A stretch of 64,000 nucleotides of DNA from Lobosporangium transversale (GCF_002105155.1 NW_019029014.1:1-64000); one strand, 5' to 3'. Shown: positions 48,943-63,658, numbered from the stretch's first letter. Numbers and translations are program-made. The notes: generated from the letters alone by a model not told the origin.

Positions 48943-50692
48943 TACTAGGATTACTCTGTCAGTTAATATGAAATCATCTCCAATCCCATGTTTGAACATC
49001 CTTGCCAATGGCTATAAGGAAATAGTAAAGTTTCGCAGTTTGTACGCTTACTTCTTCAAGATCTCCTTACAAGTGATAAATAGGTACGATATTTTCCATG
49101 GTAGCAAACTCACGCCTGAACAACGCATTGAGGAAAAAAAAAAAAAAGTTCTAGAGCAATTTTTGTAGTGCACAGAGCATCTTTAAATTTATGCAAAGTG
49201 GACGGGCTTTGTAAGCGGGTGCATGTGCCCTCATTCTTTTGCTATATTAGAGTCATTTAAAGGTTCTATTGTTTGGCATGATAGTTGATAATAAACTTTG
49301 TCCATTCCTCGATATTCCATCGGAATATGGCCAGGATATTGGCATACTCATCTCAGTTTTCCTGGTTCCCATCAGTACCGAATTGTGGCGCAGGATCTCT
49401 CCTTCCTCACGAGGGCAAGAGAAAGTATTTCGAGGAGGAGCTTATTTAGTGACAGAGCATTTGCAAGCATCGATGATATAATATCGGAGAGACAAGGAAA
49501 AATAAACAATAAATAAAAAAAGAAATAGTGACCTTTTGCTGATTCAATGCAGAATATTGCTTGTAGGAGTGTCATGTTCATATTCAAGTCACCCAAAGGT
49601 CTGGTTTTGATGAGTCCCAGGAGGGAAAAAAGTAAATAAAAAGTGCATCATTATATATTGTTCATGTTCATATGTGCCACTTCCTTTTAAATCAATAACA
49701 CAAGGTGATAGAGCGGATATAATCTGGATAGATTATATGCGAAACGGGCTTGTCTAGTGTCTAGGAGTTTTGCCTGAGTACAGGGGAGGAAAATGATTAG
49801 CTGGAGGATATGCATAAATTCATAGGACCGTGCATGGGCGAAAAAGCTCTTGTTTTTAACAAGCATGCAGATGATATTTAATCCGCCATGCATGTCCATC
49901 TTCACCCTCAATTGAAGGGCACATGTCCGTCTCCAGTTCCTGTCGACAGCGTCTGTTACGAGCGAACTAGCGACGGATAATTAAGGTTAATTGGATCGCC
50001 TTCTAAAAACAGGTCAACAGTCTATCGTACAGGTACCCGTCGCCCATTTTTACGAACATAGAGAACATCGCATTCATAGGACATTCTTGGCCATAGCAAT
50101 CACAAGCTTTTTAGAATTAGATGAGCAGACACCTGTCATCCCTTGTCGACAGTGGTAGTTTATAGTAAACAGCATATGAACTATGAAATATGTAAAGTCA
50201 ATGATGTGGCCATCTAGGTCACTAACAGTGCCACAATGCCGGGTAAACAAAGGCTCTTTTCTTCAAGTCTTTTCCTTTTTGCTTAAACAAACTTCTCCCT
50301 TTGTTGTTTCGCCTGCTTGCTCATTACCTTCAAAGCACAGGACATCCATAGGGTCTCGCTCAGTCTCTTGTTATCCCCTGGAGTGAAACTTATAGTAGAC
50401 AATTGACTTTTTTAACCATTGCTCTCACTCTTTTTGTTTGTTTGTTTGTTTTTTTTTATTTCTCTCCCCCAATTCTACCTAGCTCTTTACTTGAGTTCTT
50501 TCTTCTCTCTTGTACTCGCTAATTTCTTTTTTTTTAAACTTCATTCTTTAACTGATTCTCATTTCTCCATCTCATTGTTGTCAACTTTATAAAGAGTCAC
50601 ACAGCCTCCAATTCCTCGTACGCAAAAAATAATTTTTTTAAATCCCTGAATATACCATATCTTATATCCTTGCCCCTTCATAGCACCTAACC

Positions 50693-52256
50693 ATGCCCAA
50701 AGACGAGTGCACTTCCCCTACAACCTTCTCTCGGTCTTCATCCTTTGAGTCTACTCATGCTCCTACTCTTCCTCCAATCCCTGCTCCCTCTTCTTTCTCA
50801 CAATCTCTAGATAATCGTCCAGGGGTTATGATTATCGGCGCCGGACTAGGCGGTCTTTTACTGGGCGCACTTCTAGAGCGGATTGGCATCCGATACCATA
50901 TATTTGAACGTGCTTCTAAGTTGCGGCCGTTAGGTATGCAATAAAAAAAAAGAGAGAGCCTTTCCCTAGTTTAAAAATATGCAAGAAAAAAGGCGGGGAA
51001 AGATTTTTGGTGCAATTGATCGACCAAATTTGAGTCTAATGCTAATTAACTTTTGTCCCAAAACGACACTGCTAATAATAATAAATCGAATGAATACAAT
51101 TGAATAATATAGGCGCCACGATGACTTTATCATCTCCAATCCTTCCAGTGTTTGAGCAACTGGGCCTTCTGGACGAGATCATAAAATTCTCATATCCATG
51201 TCCTCAAATAGACATCTATGATGCTGACTTATCCTCCTTGGGAAGTTATAAATTTCATGCCATGGAACGCCTGTAAAGTTTTTTTTTTTTTTTTCTTTAC
51301 TACTTGGTGAGCAGGAATAACGACCTCTAAAAGTATCTCAAAGCCTTAACATTTTTACTTTTTTGCTACACATGTCCGACACCTTAAAAATAGAACGGGC
51401 TATCCTATAAGGCTTTTTGCGAGACCTCGTCTCCACGAGTTGCTTCTTCGTCAAATCCCTCCACACAAGATTAGTCTTGGCAAGAAAGTCCTCAAGATCG
51501 ATTATGCAGCCATGGAGAAAGATAAAGACAGTTCAGCGATTATCCATTGTTCTGATAACACGAGTTATCAATGGGATATGGTCGTTGGAGCCGATGGAGC
51601 CTATTCTGGTGTCCGTCAAAGCATGTACAGACATATGAATGGACAAGAGAAATTACCCAAGCAGGATCAGAAATCTCTCCTTGCAGGTCATATTACCATC
51701 CTTGGTGTCACACGACCCATGGACCCTGAAAAGTATACACAGTTGAAAAATACGACATCTGCGACTGTTTCACAGACTGTTTATCCCGATCGCACTGGTG
51801 TAAGTAAAAGGCATCTGGGTTAAAATATGAAATTCAATCTTGCATTTTTATCTATTTCTAATTTATAATATGTATATGTGTATGGTTTTATATCATCAAT
51901 CAGTGTCATGTTGCAAGTCTTCCTGGAAATCAAATCAGTTGGGCTATCTGCGTCCAACTCACCCCTCAAGAAGCCAAGGACCAACAATTTAGAAACTCAG
52001 AATGGGTGTCTGATGTAAATGATGCCTTCATCCGTCGATTCCGTGATCGACCCTGTGTTTGGGGCGGCACTATGGGGGATATCATTGATGCCACGCCTAG
52101 GGAATTAATCTCCAAAGTATATCTGGAAGAAAAGATGTTTAAAACCTGGTATTATAAGCGGACAGCACTCCTTGGAGATGGTAAATTAACAACAGCAGCA
52201 GCAATAGATAAAGCGAGTAAAAAAAAAAAAAAAAAAAAAAAATTACTGGTTATTAA

Positions 52257-52293
<37 letters not shown>

Positions 52294-52700
52294 TTTGATG
52301 CACCCTAGCATGCCACAAGGTAAAAAAAGGGCTTCTCTTTCCCTTCCCTTACTTATCCATCGCAATAATTTATAACGATTATGGTGGCCCCCCTCTTATT
52401 CACAATTGATTTTTTTTTTTTTCCTGTTCCACAACTAGATGCTTCCTGGCGCCGGCACAGGTGCGATGTGTGCAATGCACGACGCAGTGGTGTTATCAAA
52501 TCATTTATATGAGCTAGATGACAAGTCTATAGAAAGCATCACCATTGCCTTACAAAAATACTATAAGGAGCGGTACACTTATGCTTCCGCCCAGTTCGCC
52601 TTCAGCCAAAATATGTCCACGGCTATCTTTGGATGTGTAATGTCCCAAAAAAAAAAAAAAAAAAAAAAAAGTTGTTCCGTCTAATTGGACATTTTTTATT

Positions 52701-52739
<39 letters not shown>

Positions 52740-53037
52740 GACTAAAAAGGAACGTTTCCTACGGCGCATTTTGTTGGGATGTGTCCCTCAATGGGTTTAT
52801 GATCGAGAGTTTAATAAGTGGCTCAAATATCGTCCTCAGTTGTCTTGGTTACCTTTGATCGAAAAGCGTGGCACCGGTGAGAGACTGCCAGTGTATTCAT
52901 CGTGGAAATTTCTCTTGCAACAACGACAGCTGGAGCTGGAGCAACAGGTTCTGGAAAAGTTAAAACAACAGAGACTTCAACAAGAACGAGAACAAAAACA
53001 AGAACAAGAACAAGTAATACATAGGCAATGGTGGTAG
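50693..53037 (+). CDS. FAD-dependent monooxygenase (group A), 7 exons
   Basis: IIGAGLGG, DMVVGADGAYSGVRQ, LLGD-ACHK-MLPGAGTGAMCAMHDA; lacks the intron after MLPGAG.G; Q/E-rich C-terminal tail. Confidence 0.9.
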
Positions 53038-53372
53038 CATACATATTAATAATAAAAAAAGAGCTAAAAAAGAAGAATTATACTTACTTTATCGAGCGTC
53101 TTAACGCATGGTGCGCACAGGAATGAACGAACGAGAAAAACCCAATAAGTGTATCCGTGCATCCCATCATTTGCCCAAATGGTCAAGCTTCAAGATGTTT
53201 TTCTAATACACATTCTTTTTTCATCTTGTTTTATTTTACAAGCGAACACGAATGAGGTTGGTAATAGTAATATTAAAAAAAAAAAAAGAAATTACATAAC
53301 TGCTATTCTATTTTTTTTTTTTTTTTTTTTTTTTTTGGTCAGCAAATACTATTATTTTTTTTTTTCCTTTCC

Positions 53373-56300
53373 CTAATTAAAAATCTTCTTGAGGAAGCCC
53401 CGGACTTTCTTCTTCTTTTCAGTATGGCTATTGCGGCTGCCGTTCAGGCTCGATGTGCTAGATGACGATGCCAATGGTGTGTTCGTGCCGCTGTTGTTGC
53501 CACTACCGCCCCCACCACCATTGATCTGCTGCAGCGAATCCTGAGAAAGCGATAATGGAGATCTGTAACCACCATTAGCTAAATCAATTAGAGAAGACGG
53601 GCCATGCAGAGAGAGTCGTGTTTGATCCAAACTACTATTCCGATCACTGTTGCCCATGATCATTGACTTGATTGTGTTGGATGTCAACTGTTCATAGCTT
53701 CCTCTCCTAGACGACGCTCCTGATTGGTTTTCAGCCGCAGATACCTGACTTGCTAAATGACTACCAAAAGAATTCACAAGTCCTGCGTGACAGGCCTTTG
53801 CCTTGCTTACATCTATATGCATGTAAGTGTACGCATGTTAATACGCAAAAAAAAAAAAAAAAAAAAAGCTTGGTTCGTATTTTTTCTGATGTTCGCATGG
53901 CCCAGGTTACAAATAAAGATGTTGCTGGAAATACATACCTAAATGTTCTGCCAAAATTTCTGGTGAGAGACCTCGACGACGCCCAACATCCTCAGGGGTC
54001 TCCCCTGCGTCGTTTTTAGCATTCAAGTCTGCTCCACATGCAATTAGAAGAGACGAAATGTTCCTATGATCTTGACTGATGGATTCGTGCAGGGGCGTCC
54101 ATTGACGTTCTCCACGACTGTTCACGTCACCATCGAGCTGAACCAATACCATCACCATCTCTAGATGGCCTCGTCGTGCGGCAAGATGCAAAGGGGTACA
54201 CCCATGCATATCATGCTGCGACACAGGACTACCAGATTTAATAAGCGACAAAGTCAACATAACATCGTTCTGCAATAATAAACCGAATGATGACGATGTT
54301 AAAGAATTCGGTCCTAAGCGCTGTAAAATTGTCCTTGCACAATCCAGATTTCCTGAGGCAATCGCCAATTCAACAGGTAGAATCCATTTTCCTTTCCAAA
54401 ACTCCTGCAATTCAGGTGAGAACCGCTTTTTGCCATCGCCTGCCTGTGCTGCCTGCATCCTCATTGCCTTGCGAGCCTTGATCTCCTCATGACTGAGCCA
54501 CTGTCGACCACTCTCATATCGTTTAGCAGCAATGTAAAACTCTATCGGATTGTCACTGGGATCATCCTTGGAATCAGCCACCTTGCGCCTACGAGACAGA
54601 ACCCCCATGCCTTTGAGTTTGCTGGCCCAGAGGTATTGCTGGAGCGTAATACCAAGATTAGGGTCTGCTCCATACTCCAGTAATAGTTTTACAATACTGT
54701 TAGGGCTAGTTGGTGCATACCCAGGAATACGGAATTGTGTGTTGGTGGACTTGTTAAAGGACGATGGCAATTGGCCAATAAGCGTCTGTGATGCAATATC
54801 CAAGTGAACTTGTTCTCCTCTAGATAGCATGCTTGCAAGCTTTGCTGGCGGCAAAGTCGGTGGTGGACAAGTTGCATTTGTGCACTCATTCAATGTCGTC
54901 GCCAGCAGAAGAGGCGTCAAGCCACACCAAGACTGATTAAGATTTGCGTTCTAATAAAACAATAAAAGGTGGAGTTCTAGGTTTTAGCTCAAACAAAATA
55001 AAAATAAACATAGAAATAGAAAAATAAGGGGTGGGAGGAAAGGGCCCTTGCAAACCCAATCAATATACCTTGATCATGGACCTAACCAAGTTGCACATGC
55101 CCAGTCCAACAGCCACAGTAAAGTAGCTTGGATATTCAAACGGGCCCGTCCTTCCCGGCTTCGTGCGATATTCATCCTGAGCTCTTCCAACGATTGGATA
55201 GTTGACGTCGATAGGAAATCCTCGTTCTACCAACTCAATAGCAACTTGCTCCATCCTGTAGATCATTGCCAACAACATGCAGTGATTTAGATCCGAATAC
55301 GATTTCTTTTTCTTCTTTTTGAGAGCATTAGAAGGAAGTAAACTAATATATTGAAGTGCCAATTCGGGTCTCTTATCACGAATCGCCATTTCAATATTAT
55401 GGAGAATGACTAAGCGTTCATATGATATAAAAAATATAAAAAAATAAAAATTGAGATGTGAGCTTCTTCTCTTTCTTTCTTTCTTTTTTCCTTGTCGGAA
55501 ACTTCATTCTATGAACAAAACCAACATGAAGCGAAACAACATGTTTACCTGGTCTCGTTCTCTTCTTAAGTTTTTTGGATCGTAGGAATGCAGGGATCCG
55601 CTGTGCCATAAAGCCTCCTTGTATGCTCTTCTTAGCATACTCCTTGCTGAATGACTTGCGATCAGGCTTCAAAATTTCTTTGTCTGGATAGCGTTGAGTA
55701 AAAATTCATAGATGTTAGAAAACATTCGCAACAAATAGAAAACAGATCCTATATTCATCAAGTCAAGCATACATACCTGGTTTTCCTTTGAGTTGTTCCT
55801 TGGTGAGCTTTTTGACGACGCCTTCTTGACGTAGGCGGTTATCCATCCGATATAGTAATGTGAGGAGCCGCCGTTGTCTTCTAGGATAAATGTCGTTAAG
55901 TCGGAATTCAGCCAAAGTCAGGCTAAAGGGTGTACTGGTGAGATCTTGATGATGAGCATCAAAAAGACCTGCAAGACCAGAACTATTGCCTACGTTAGTT
56001 ACATCCTGCTGCAATGATCCTTTCCTTGCAAAACTGGAGGGCAGTGTCATGGATGAAGCCGTCGTGTCGAAAAGTGCCGCTACTGAATGGCGATTGATGG
56101 ATTTATTTTTGGAAGACTTGAGAGTCTTAACCCCTTCGGGGAGTGGTGTTTTGGCTTTAGGGGAAGGGGAAGTGGTAGTAGTGGATGAAGTTCGACTGCT
56201 TTGGCGATCTCCATTTGTTGTACGAACGCTCGTCAATGAAGGTTCTGTTACGGAAGTTATTGAAGACCGTGGTGTGAGACGTGGCGAAGAATCGGGGGAT

Positions 56301-57253
56301 GTTACAGGCGAGGGCAAAATACCTGGGCTGTCGATTGCGCCCTGGGAGCCACCGTCCAGAGACAGAGATGGGAGAGATGATTCTGTAATAGAGGCGATAG
56401 CTGGTAGTCCAGGGGAACCAGGAGGACTATTTGCTGGTGAGGCAATGAGACTGTTATCCGTGTGAAGATTGGGAGTCGAAAGTGAACGTTGACCAACTGT
56501 AGGCGTTGTCAGATATGGTCCTGCAGGCATTGGTGCTCCTGTGGTGGTGAGAGTGCGCTTGTGAAGGGGACTTGGTTCTAGAGAGTTAGAGAGGTCATCT
56601 TCGTAATCATCTGCACCTATGTCCTGGGTATCTGCAAGGGTAATAAATGTCGAGGGAATAGGCCTACTGGACGCCGACTGTACAGTGTTATCCTTGCTGC
56701 TTTGTGTTGTCTCAAGTGCGTTCTCGTGGCTGGTGGTTCCGTGCGCCATGTATGCAGTGTCTACTTCAGGTGATAGAGTGCTAGAATGGTGTTGCTCTCT
56801 CAACTTTGCAGTTTCCTTCAAGTCCTGGTGCTGTTCCTGCGACTGCTCGTTGTTATGCGTGGGAGAGGAATGCTCTTTGTTATTTTGTTCTGCTGTAGGA
56901 ACAGTCAATGAAATGTGAAATGGCTGATGAGACTGTTGTTGCTGCTGGAATGGAGTGTCCATGGGTGCAACACGGGTATTATTATTTAGCAAGGATGAAC
57001 TGGGGACGGATGGAGTGGATGAAGAAGTAGTGACGGGTTGAGTTACATGTACCTGAGACTGAGATTGGGACTGGGACTGATTTAAACCCTGACTCTGACC
57101 CTGACCCTGACCCTGACCCTGAGTTTGTAATGTATTTTGCTGTTGCTGATGTTGCTGATGTTGCTGTTGTTCTTGTTCCAGCTGTTGTAATTCCTGACTG
57201 AGTTGAGCGCCTGCATGATTTCCAAGCGAAGACTTTGCGCGTGTTTTAAACAT
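53373..57253 (-). CDS. Ankyrin-repeat protein with long Q/S/T-rich N-terminus, 5 exons
   Basis: Exons 57253-55777, 55683-55549, 55409-55069, 54950-53939, 53812-53373 splice in frame at GT-AG sites; ankyrin motifs GLTPLLLA, IVKLLLEYGADPN, GCTPLHLAARRGH, WTPLHES, GADLNAKNDAGETP; start codon uncertain. Confidence 0.85.
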
Positions 57254-57922
57254 TGAAAGACCGCGTTGAATCGAGTTTTGCTTCTTGTCTGTTAAAGTAA
57301 TTTCGAGGCAGTGGAAAGACAAGGAAACTTGCGTTAGTCGATAGTTGTAGAAAACGCAATTAAAGCGAAACAGAAAGGAGCAAAGTAGCTGTGTCAAAAG
57401 AAAAGGAATCGGATGGTGATGATCAACGCCAGATTGCCCTACTCCTATTTCGGTATCTTTTATCACTGCTGAAGTGCCATGCGATGTTATGCTATGCTAT
57501 GCTATGCCATGTAATGCCATACCACACCACACCCCATAGAACTATCATAATAATAGAAGCACAGGAAGGATCCAACGAAAAAAAAAAAAAGAAAGAATAG
57601 AACAATGGAAATCTCTCACACAGACAGGGCAATTATGACTAAACGACGCTAAAAAAATTAACCAAAATGGAGATCCTTCTCCTTTGATGGAATTAATGGC
57701 GGGCATTCACACAACACCACCCGCAACCCGTCAACGAAAAATATTATGTTGAGTACAATGACTTGGTTACCAAGCTCAATGGGGGAAGCTCTTGGCAAGC
57801 AAAACAAAAAATAAAAATCGATTCCAGCTCATATGGCTTTTGTTGGTTATTCTATTCAAGATTATGCATTCTCCGCCTATTTTTTTTTTCAGTCCGCAGT
57901 CTATTATTTTGCAAACTTTCTA

Positions 57923-57954
<32 letters not shown>

Positions 57955-59496
57955 CATATCTGTGATCTAAACTGTTGAAAGCATTTCCTAAACTTGGAAC
58001 AAACAAGCAGATGAAAAAAAAAAAAAAACGATAGAGCACCAGAATGAATAGCGAAATGCAAGATGAAAGAGAGCTCTTTCAAACTGAGAATATCACCATG
58101 TTCTATAATCTACATGAATGTGTACAATGACAATGATACATAATAATAATAATATACATTGTTACTGGTGAGCTGTCGACTTTTCTTTTTTTTTTTTTAA
58201 AAAATATTTTTTCCTCCCATATAAAAAACAAAATAAAACAAGGTTTGGCGACGAAAGTTGAATAAGAATGAAAGAAGGTTTGTGTGTGTGCTTTGGACCG
58301 TTGAACATTTGACTGTGAATTGTTTAGGGCGGTCAGTAACAGTGAGTTCGGACCATCGATGATGCTGGTGGCACATACCTTTTGAAGCAGTTGCTGGTTC
58401 TTCGTGTCGCTGTTGTCGTTGTGAGGACATATTTGTTTGATCAATGGATAATATAGAGCTTTTCTTTTTTTGTTTTTTACAGGGGAATAAGCAGAATGAG
58501 ATTAGATTAAAGGATGAATGAATGCTAATGCAAAAAAAAAAAAAAAAAAAAAAAGGACAATGCGAATTTGACTGTTTAGTTCAGAAAATGGAAAAGAGGT
58601 GAAGAAGTGAAAAAGAGAAAGGAACAAGATAAAATAAAAACAAGGAGTTCAAGTATGCTATATGAGTGTGGTTGGATGAAAAAAAAAAAAAAAAAAAAAA
58701 AAAGAAATGAGGATCAAGATCTTGTCATATTTTTTTTAACCCAAATGCCCCAATGGCCCAATGGTTTTTATACATTTGTCAAGTACATGTACACGTTTCA
58801 TAGTTCACACGCAAGAATGTGATACAGTCTAGGAATCGAAAGGCTGCACTAAAAGCCACCTCCAATTGGCCCAACTTGCTGAACAAAAGGTGGCAAAAAC
58901 TCTGTCCAACAACACGCAAACAAAGGATCTCCCTTTCAATAACAGCCTTGAAATTTACTTCAGATTCATATACATGTATATATCCCTGATGCTGATATGG
59001 CTTTGAAATAACTGTTTCATGATAATTATACCTTAATTTGAACTAATTGCCCTCGACTCTTCTCTTATTATCAAAGCATACATCTGTATGTATATTACAT
59101 GAACATGTACACCCTCTGCCTTGCCGCTTCCTAACTGTTTTTGCCTCTTTTTTTATTATTATTATTATTATTTTTTCAATCCTTACATATTTCTTTCATG
59201 GTAACCATTCAAAAGTATCGTAATAATAATATTATTAAGTGGAAGAGAAAAGTGCTCCTTGGTAATTGATATTTTAGGCATTTAGGCACAATATCCCTTC
59301 AGGGCTCAACAAGTATTCCTGTACTTTCGTTCTTCTCCTCCAAATATCTCCTTTAAAATCATTGAATGCACGGGCTTCTTACTTTGAAATGTGAACAGCA
59401 ATATACTTTAATCCCAACGGCAAAACGTTCACTTGACTATTTTAATATCTGTCTCGCTTGCAACCACCATTGTCAACATGAAAGTATATACATGTG

Positions 59497-59529
<33 letters not shown>

Positions 59530-60399
59530 GCTGTTACATACATAATTTATTAACTTATTTGTTTGTTTGCATGCTATTTGTCTTCTTGTATGGACGAACC
59601 CTTTTTAGCTCCATGTAATAAATTCCCAAGAGTAAATTCCTCCAATAAAATACATTATGATTTTCCCACCTGTTGGTTGCCTTGTCAAACATATTTTTAT
59701 AGCTAAAGAGGGATTAACTGGATGATTAATGGTTATGCACAATTGATTTAAGTATATATATCGTAGTATGCCGGAGGAGCTGATAAGACCAAAAGCGCTG
59801 CTGCTGCTCCAGATATGGCTTTGCTAGGAGCTTCACCGTAGTGATCTATTTGCGAGTTGAACATAGTGACCATTAACCTCCCACCCACCTTTTTATTTTT
59901 TATTTTACCTATTCAGATCCTATCAACCAAAGTCGTGCATGCGTCTTTGGTACTCTATGTAGAAGAAGCTGAGTTCCTCATGGTGCATGAGAAAGGGCAC
60001 GTGTATCGCCACTGCATTCAAAGAAAGGCTCTTTTCTATGTATAACTCGCATAGACGTGTTATTTACGCATACAAAATTAGAGAGGGAAATATGCTGCCG
60101 AAGAAAATCTACCCATCGACGTGTTTTTGCAAGCTGCTTTGCCCTCATAGCTCCCTTGGTACTCTGGGTACGACGTAGAATATATACAATACTTATTAGG
60201 GCAATCTCCTCTCTTCAAACTGAAGATAAATACGATAACTTGTCATGTTTAGACATCATTATAGGATCGTATAAAGCCCGAAGCTTGCAAACCCAGGCTT
60301 TCTGCCATACTTGCATACTTAGGAACAGCCTTTCGCATCACTTCCAGGCAGCCATGGTCTATTTGTGTGATGTCTTTTATTGATTCTGACCGAGAAATA

Positions 60400-62200
60400 A
60401 CTAAAGAAATAAAAGTTCATGTTCGCTCTGATCTACTCTCTATCTAGTAATGGGTAATCTAAGGACGAAAAGGATGGTATTGGAGGGACATATACCCAAG
60501 GCTACTCTGATAATGAGGATAGTGTGTCCTTTGTAGCACTTTCAAACCATTTCTCCGTCTCATATATGAATACTTATCAAGAGCTGGAGGTGTCGGCCAC
60601 ACAGATTTTGGTATCGATCTTTACCCAACAGTGCAGGTATGATGCTTTTTAGTGATCGTGGGATGTACGGGTGTTCGTGGCACCGTAGAAGCGTGGCATA
60701 TCATTAGTGACTTTGAGGGTGACCTCATTACCATTGGACTTTCTGACCGATATAGCCGGGAGCGTTTGAAGCGCCGATACTTCTTCAGCCCATTGTAGCT
60801 ATGAAACAATATCGAGCCCGGCTTGAGTCTTGGTCTAGAGCTGCATGTGGTTGCTGAGTGCCAGAAGAGTGACGGGGCAGGCCAGTTGGCTGCAATTGCC
60901 CTCTTTCTCAGTGCGCGAGGCTCTTGCGTTTAGCTAGAGCTTATGGGAGCAGCTCTTCACCGCTGATAAGGGGAGGGAAGCACATTGTTCATCTTGAAGT
61001 GGCCCATCGATGTCCATGTTTTGGTCGATGTCGCTTATGGGGTATTCGCCATTCCATACATTGTTACTTGACGACTCCGTCAGGCGAGATGAGCTTGCAG
61101 CCGTGTTGTTACTCATAGATATCCGGGTAGCTTCGTTGAGGTGGGTGGAGGGTTTTTGGGATTCGTAAGTATTTTATTGATATGATGCTGCGAAGAATCT
61201 TCCGTTAAGAAAAGAATAGAGAAGTGAAGCAAGTGCTTTCGACAATGTTCTGTCGAACTAATGTTTGTATGCAACAATGGGGAAGACAATCTGTTTAGTA
61301 AAGTTTAAAGAGGCCTTATTGTTGAATGTGGTTTTTGGCTTTGCGGTAGATCGTTGCCTTTGAACACGACCATTCCGATCGAGACAAGAGAAGCGCTATA
61401 CCACAATGCTTTTATTGGCTTGCCGATGTACACAGCTAAGGCGTTTATATATCGGGTGGATACTTGCATAATGCTTAGGAGCTGTAAAAGATCATTTTTG
61501 CAAAGTATTCTGGAGCATAAGCGAGCTGCACAACATGAGGGACATCGCTTACGTCGCATCCCATTCCAGATGCTTCGGTAAATAGTAAAATGAGGATAGC
61601 ACCACGCTTGAGTCGTTCCATGATTTTTCGCTTATAATTTTCGGTAATCCGGCGTGATATTTTGCGATCTTAGCCTTGATGTGGTCGTTCTCCGTTAATC
61701 GTTTCAATTCTCTATGTTAATACTTAATCTCTAAATAGATAATAGTTTTATTTGTGATCATGGAGATGAAAAGCAAAATAGTTGGACTTGTTTTTATGGC
61801 CAAAATGCCGGACTTCCAATCTAATGTTGGGTGATCATTACCAGCTTTGATAACCTTGGCATCTGCTTTGAATTGAACCAGCCTTTTGAGCCTTTCTAGG
61901 GTCACCTGCGGAAGAGTAACTGAGACAGCGATGACAGCTACGCTCCAAGGCACCTTTGAGTGTAGCTCTGGAATACGGCCATAAGGTGCCCTAAAAATAT
62001 ATACCTATTTGCAAACACAGGGAGCCTCGTCCAAGATAACTGCTTGCAACCGCTTTTGCCAATTAAAATTAAGCCAGAGTTTTGTCAGAACAGGAACGTC
62101 GAATATAATCTCTGGCATCATGGGAATAGCTCGATACCCTCCATTGGCCACGCCATCAACAGTGCTTGATTTGGTAGCTCCCCTACTGAGCAGTGCTACC
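60400..62200 (-). mobile_element. Degenerate retroelement gag/protease-like relics
   Basis: Stop-interrupted frame from 61116 containing DMPRFYG and EKWFE...PW (gag-like); HPTLDWKSGILAI near 61800-61835 resembles the P.IDW..G.L end of Ty3/Gypsy proteases. Confidence 0.3.
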
Positions 62201-62534
62201 TAGCCTTTCTAGGCTCTGCTGCTCCTCTTCTATCAACGCCCTCATAGAGGAGATGACAATAGTGAGTCGATCTCCCCAAATTCAAATGGAGGAAAATAAA
62301 CAAGGGCCTTTTCCCAACCACATATGGTAAATAATAATACAATATTGATCGTAGCCGATATATTCGCCAACATCCAACTGCAAGGACTTAGAGATAACGG
62401 AATGGCAGAGCGAATGAGCTCATCCCTCTGAAGTCACGTGATCGAAGAATTTGCTCCGCAAAGTGATCGGCGATTCATAAGTAAACAACAAACCCTTTCA
62501 TCCTTTCTGTTCATCACAAAAAAAAGTAACCATA

Positions 62535-62816
62535 ATGTCCTTCCTCGTCTCGTTGACTCGATCGATGGCTCCTCGCCTAAGCACTCGTTCCATGGCTGCA
62601 ACGGCCATCATGGCTCGCTATCAGAATCAGATCCAACTTCAGAGCAATGCTGCTTCTATCGCTACGCTTCCTTCTTCTGGATTCGGTGCCACTCGTGGAA
62701 TGAAAGTCAGGGCTTCGGTCAAGAAGATCTGTGATGGTTGCTCGTCTGTTAAACGTCGTGGTCGTGTCTTTATTATTTGCAGAAAGAATCAAAAGCACAA
62801 GCAAAGACAGGGCTAA
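62535..62816 (+). CDS. RTC6: Mitochondrial ribosomal protein bL36m
   Basis: Arg/Ser-rich presequence followed by [39 protein letters not shown]. Confidence 0.95.
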   Translation: MSFLVSLTRSMAPRLSTRSMAATAIMARYQNQIQLQSNAASIATLPSSGFGATRGMKVRASVKKICDGCSSVKRRGRVFIICRKNQKHKQRQG

Positions 62817-63658
62817 ATAATAATAATAATAATAATAATAAAGTAAAAAAGTCAGATCTAAAGTGCCTGGATCAGAGGTGGAAAAAAAGGTAACAGCTAT
62901 TATTCAAAGATGGATCGTAGAGAAGATACCAGGTAGGGCAGACATGAGCAGGAGTAATTCTAATATGGAAGATCAAGATCAACAACTGTAACTCCGTGAA
63001 ATTGACAATCTTTTTTCCTTCATGTTAGATCACAGTTCTTGAACAGGATACGACATCGAACAGGGAAGGAGAATATGATTAGTGGAAGACGTTTCATTTT
63101 AGAGGAGTCAGCTTGGGAGTTTTTTTTTTCTTTTTTATTTGGATCAGGAAACAACTTTAGGGATATGCTTCATTGTACTTGCGTTGTTAGATAGCCTGTT
63201 TTCTTCTTTCTTTTATTTTCTATTTCTTCAATGTACTTTAATTATCACGGCATCTAATGGACCATTAGCACAATGAAAAGGGGCCTTTTATCTTTGCTGT
63301 GGACTTTAAAGGATGATTTCTTTTTATCGTCATCCAATTCTATAAGTCTTATATGAAAAAAAATAAAATAAAAAAAACATGCATTCGTCCAGTATAGAGC
63401 TTAATCACTGATATCAACTAGAATACATGCTATCTACTTGATCAAACTACTGATTGAACAAAACTGATTGCAAAGAAGCTCTCGTCTTTTTATCACTATG
63501 TAGTCAGTGTGATGCTCGCATGTGAAGGTCATCTTTATTATCATTGTTATTATCTTACCCCTCTCTTTCCTTCCCTCTTTTATTTCTGTCTTCGTCCTTT
63601 CCTTTACATTGCATTATCTCTTCTTATTTCCCTTTCTTTAAGAATTTATTTGCCCACC

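Noticed and set aside
18005..53037. Secondary-metabolite biosynthetic gene cluster
   Set aside because: No PKS, NRPS, terpene synthase, transporter or pathway regulator in the window; housekeeping genes intervene
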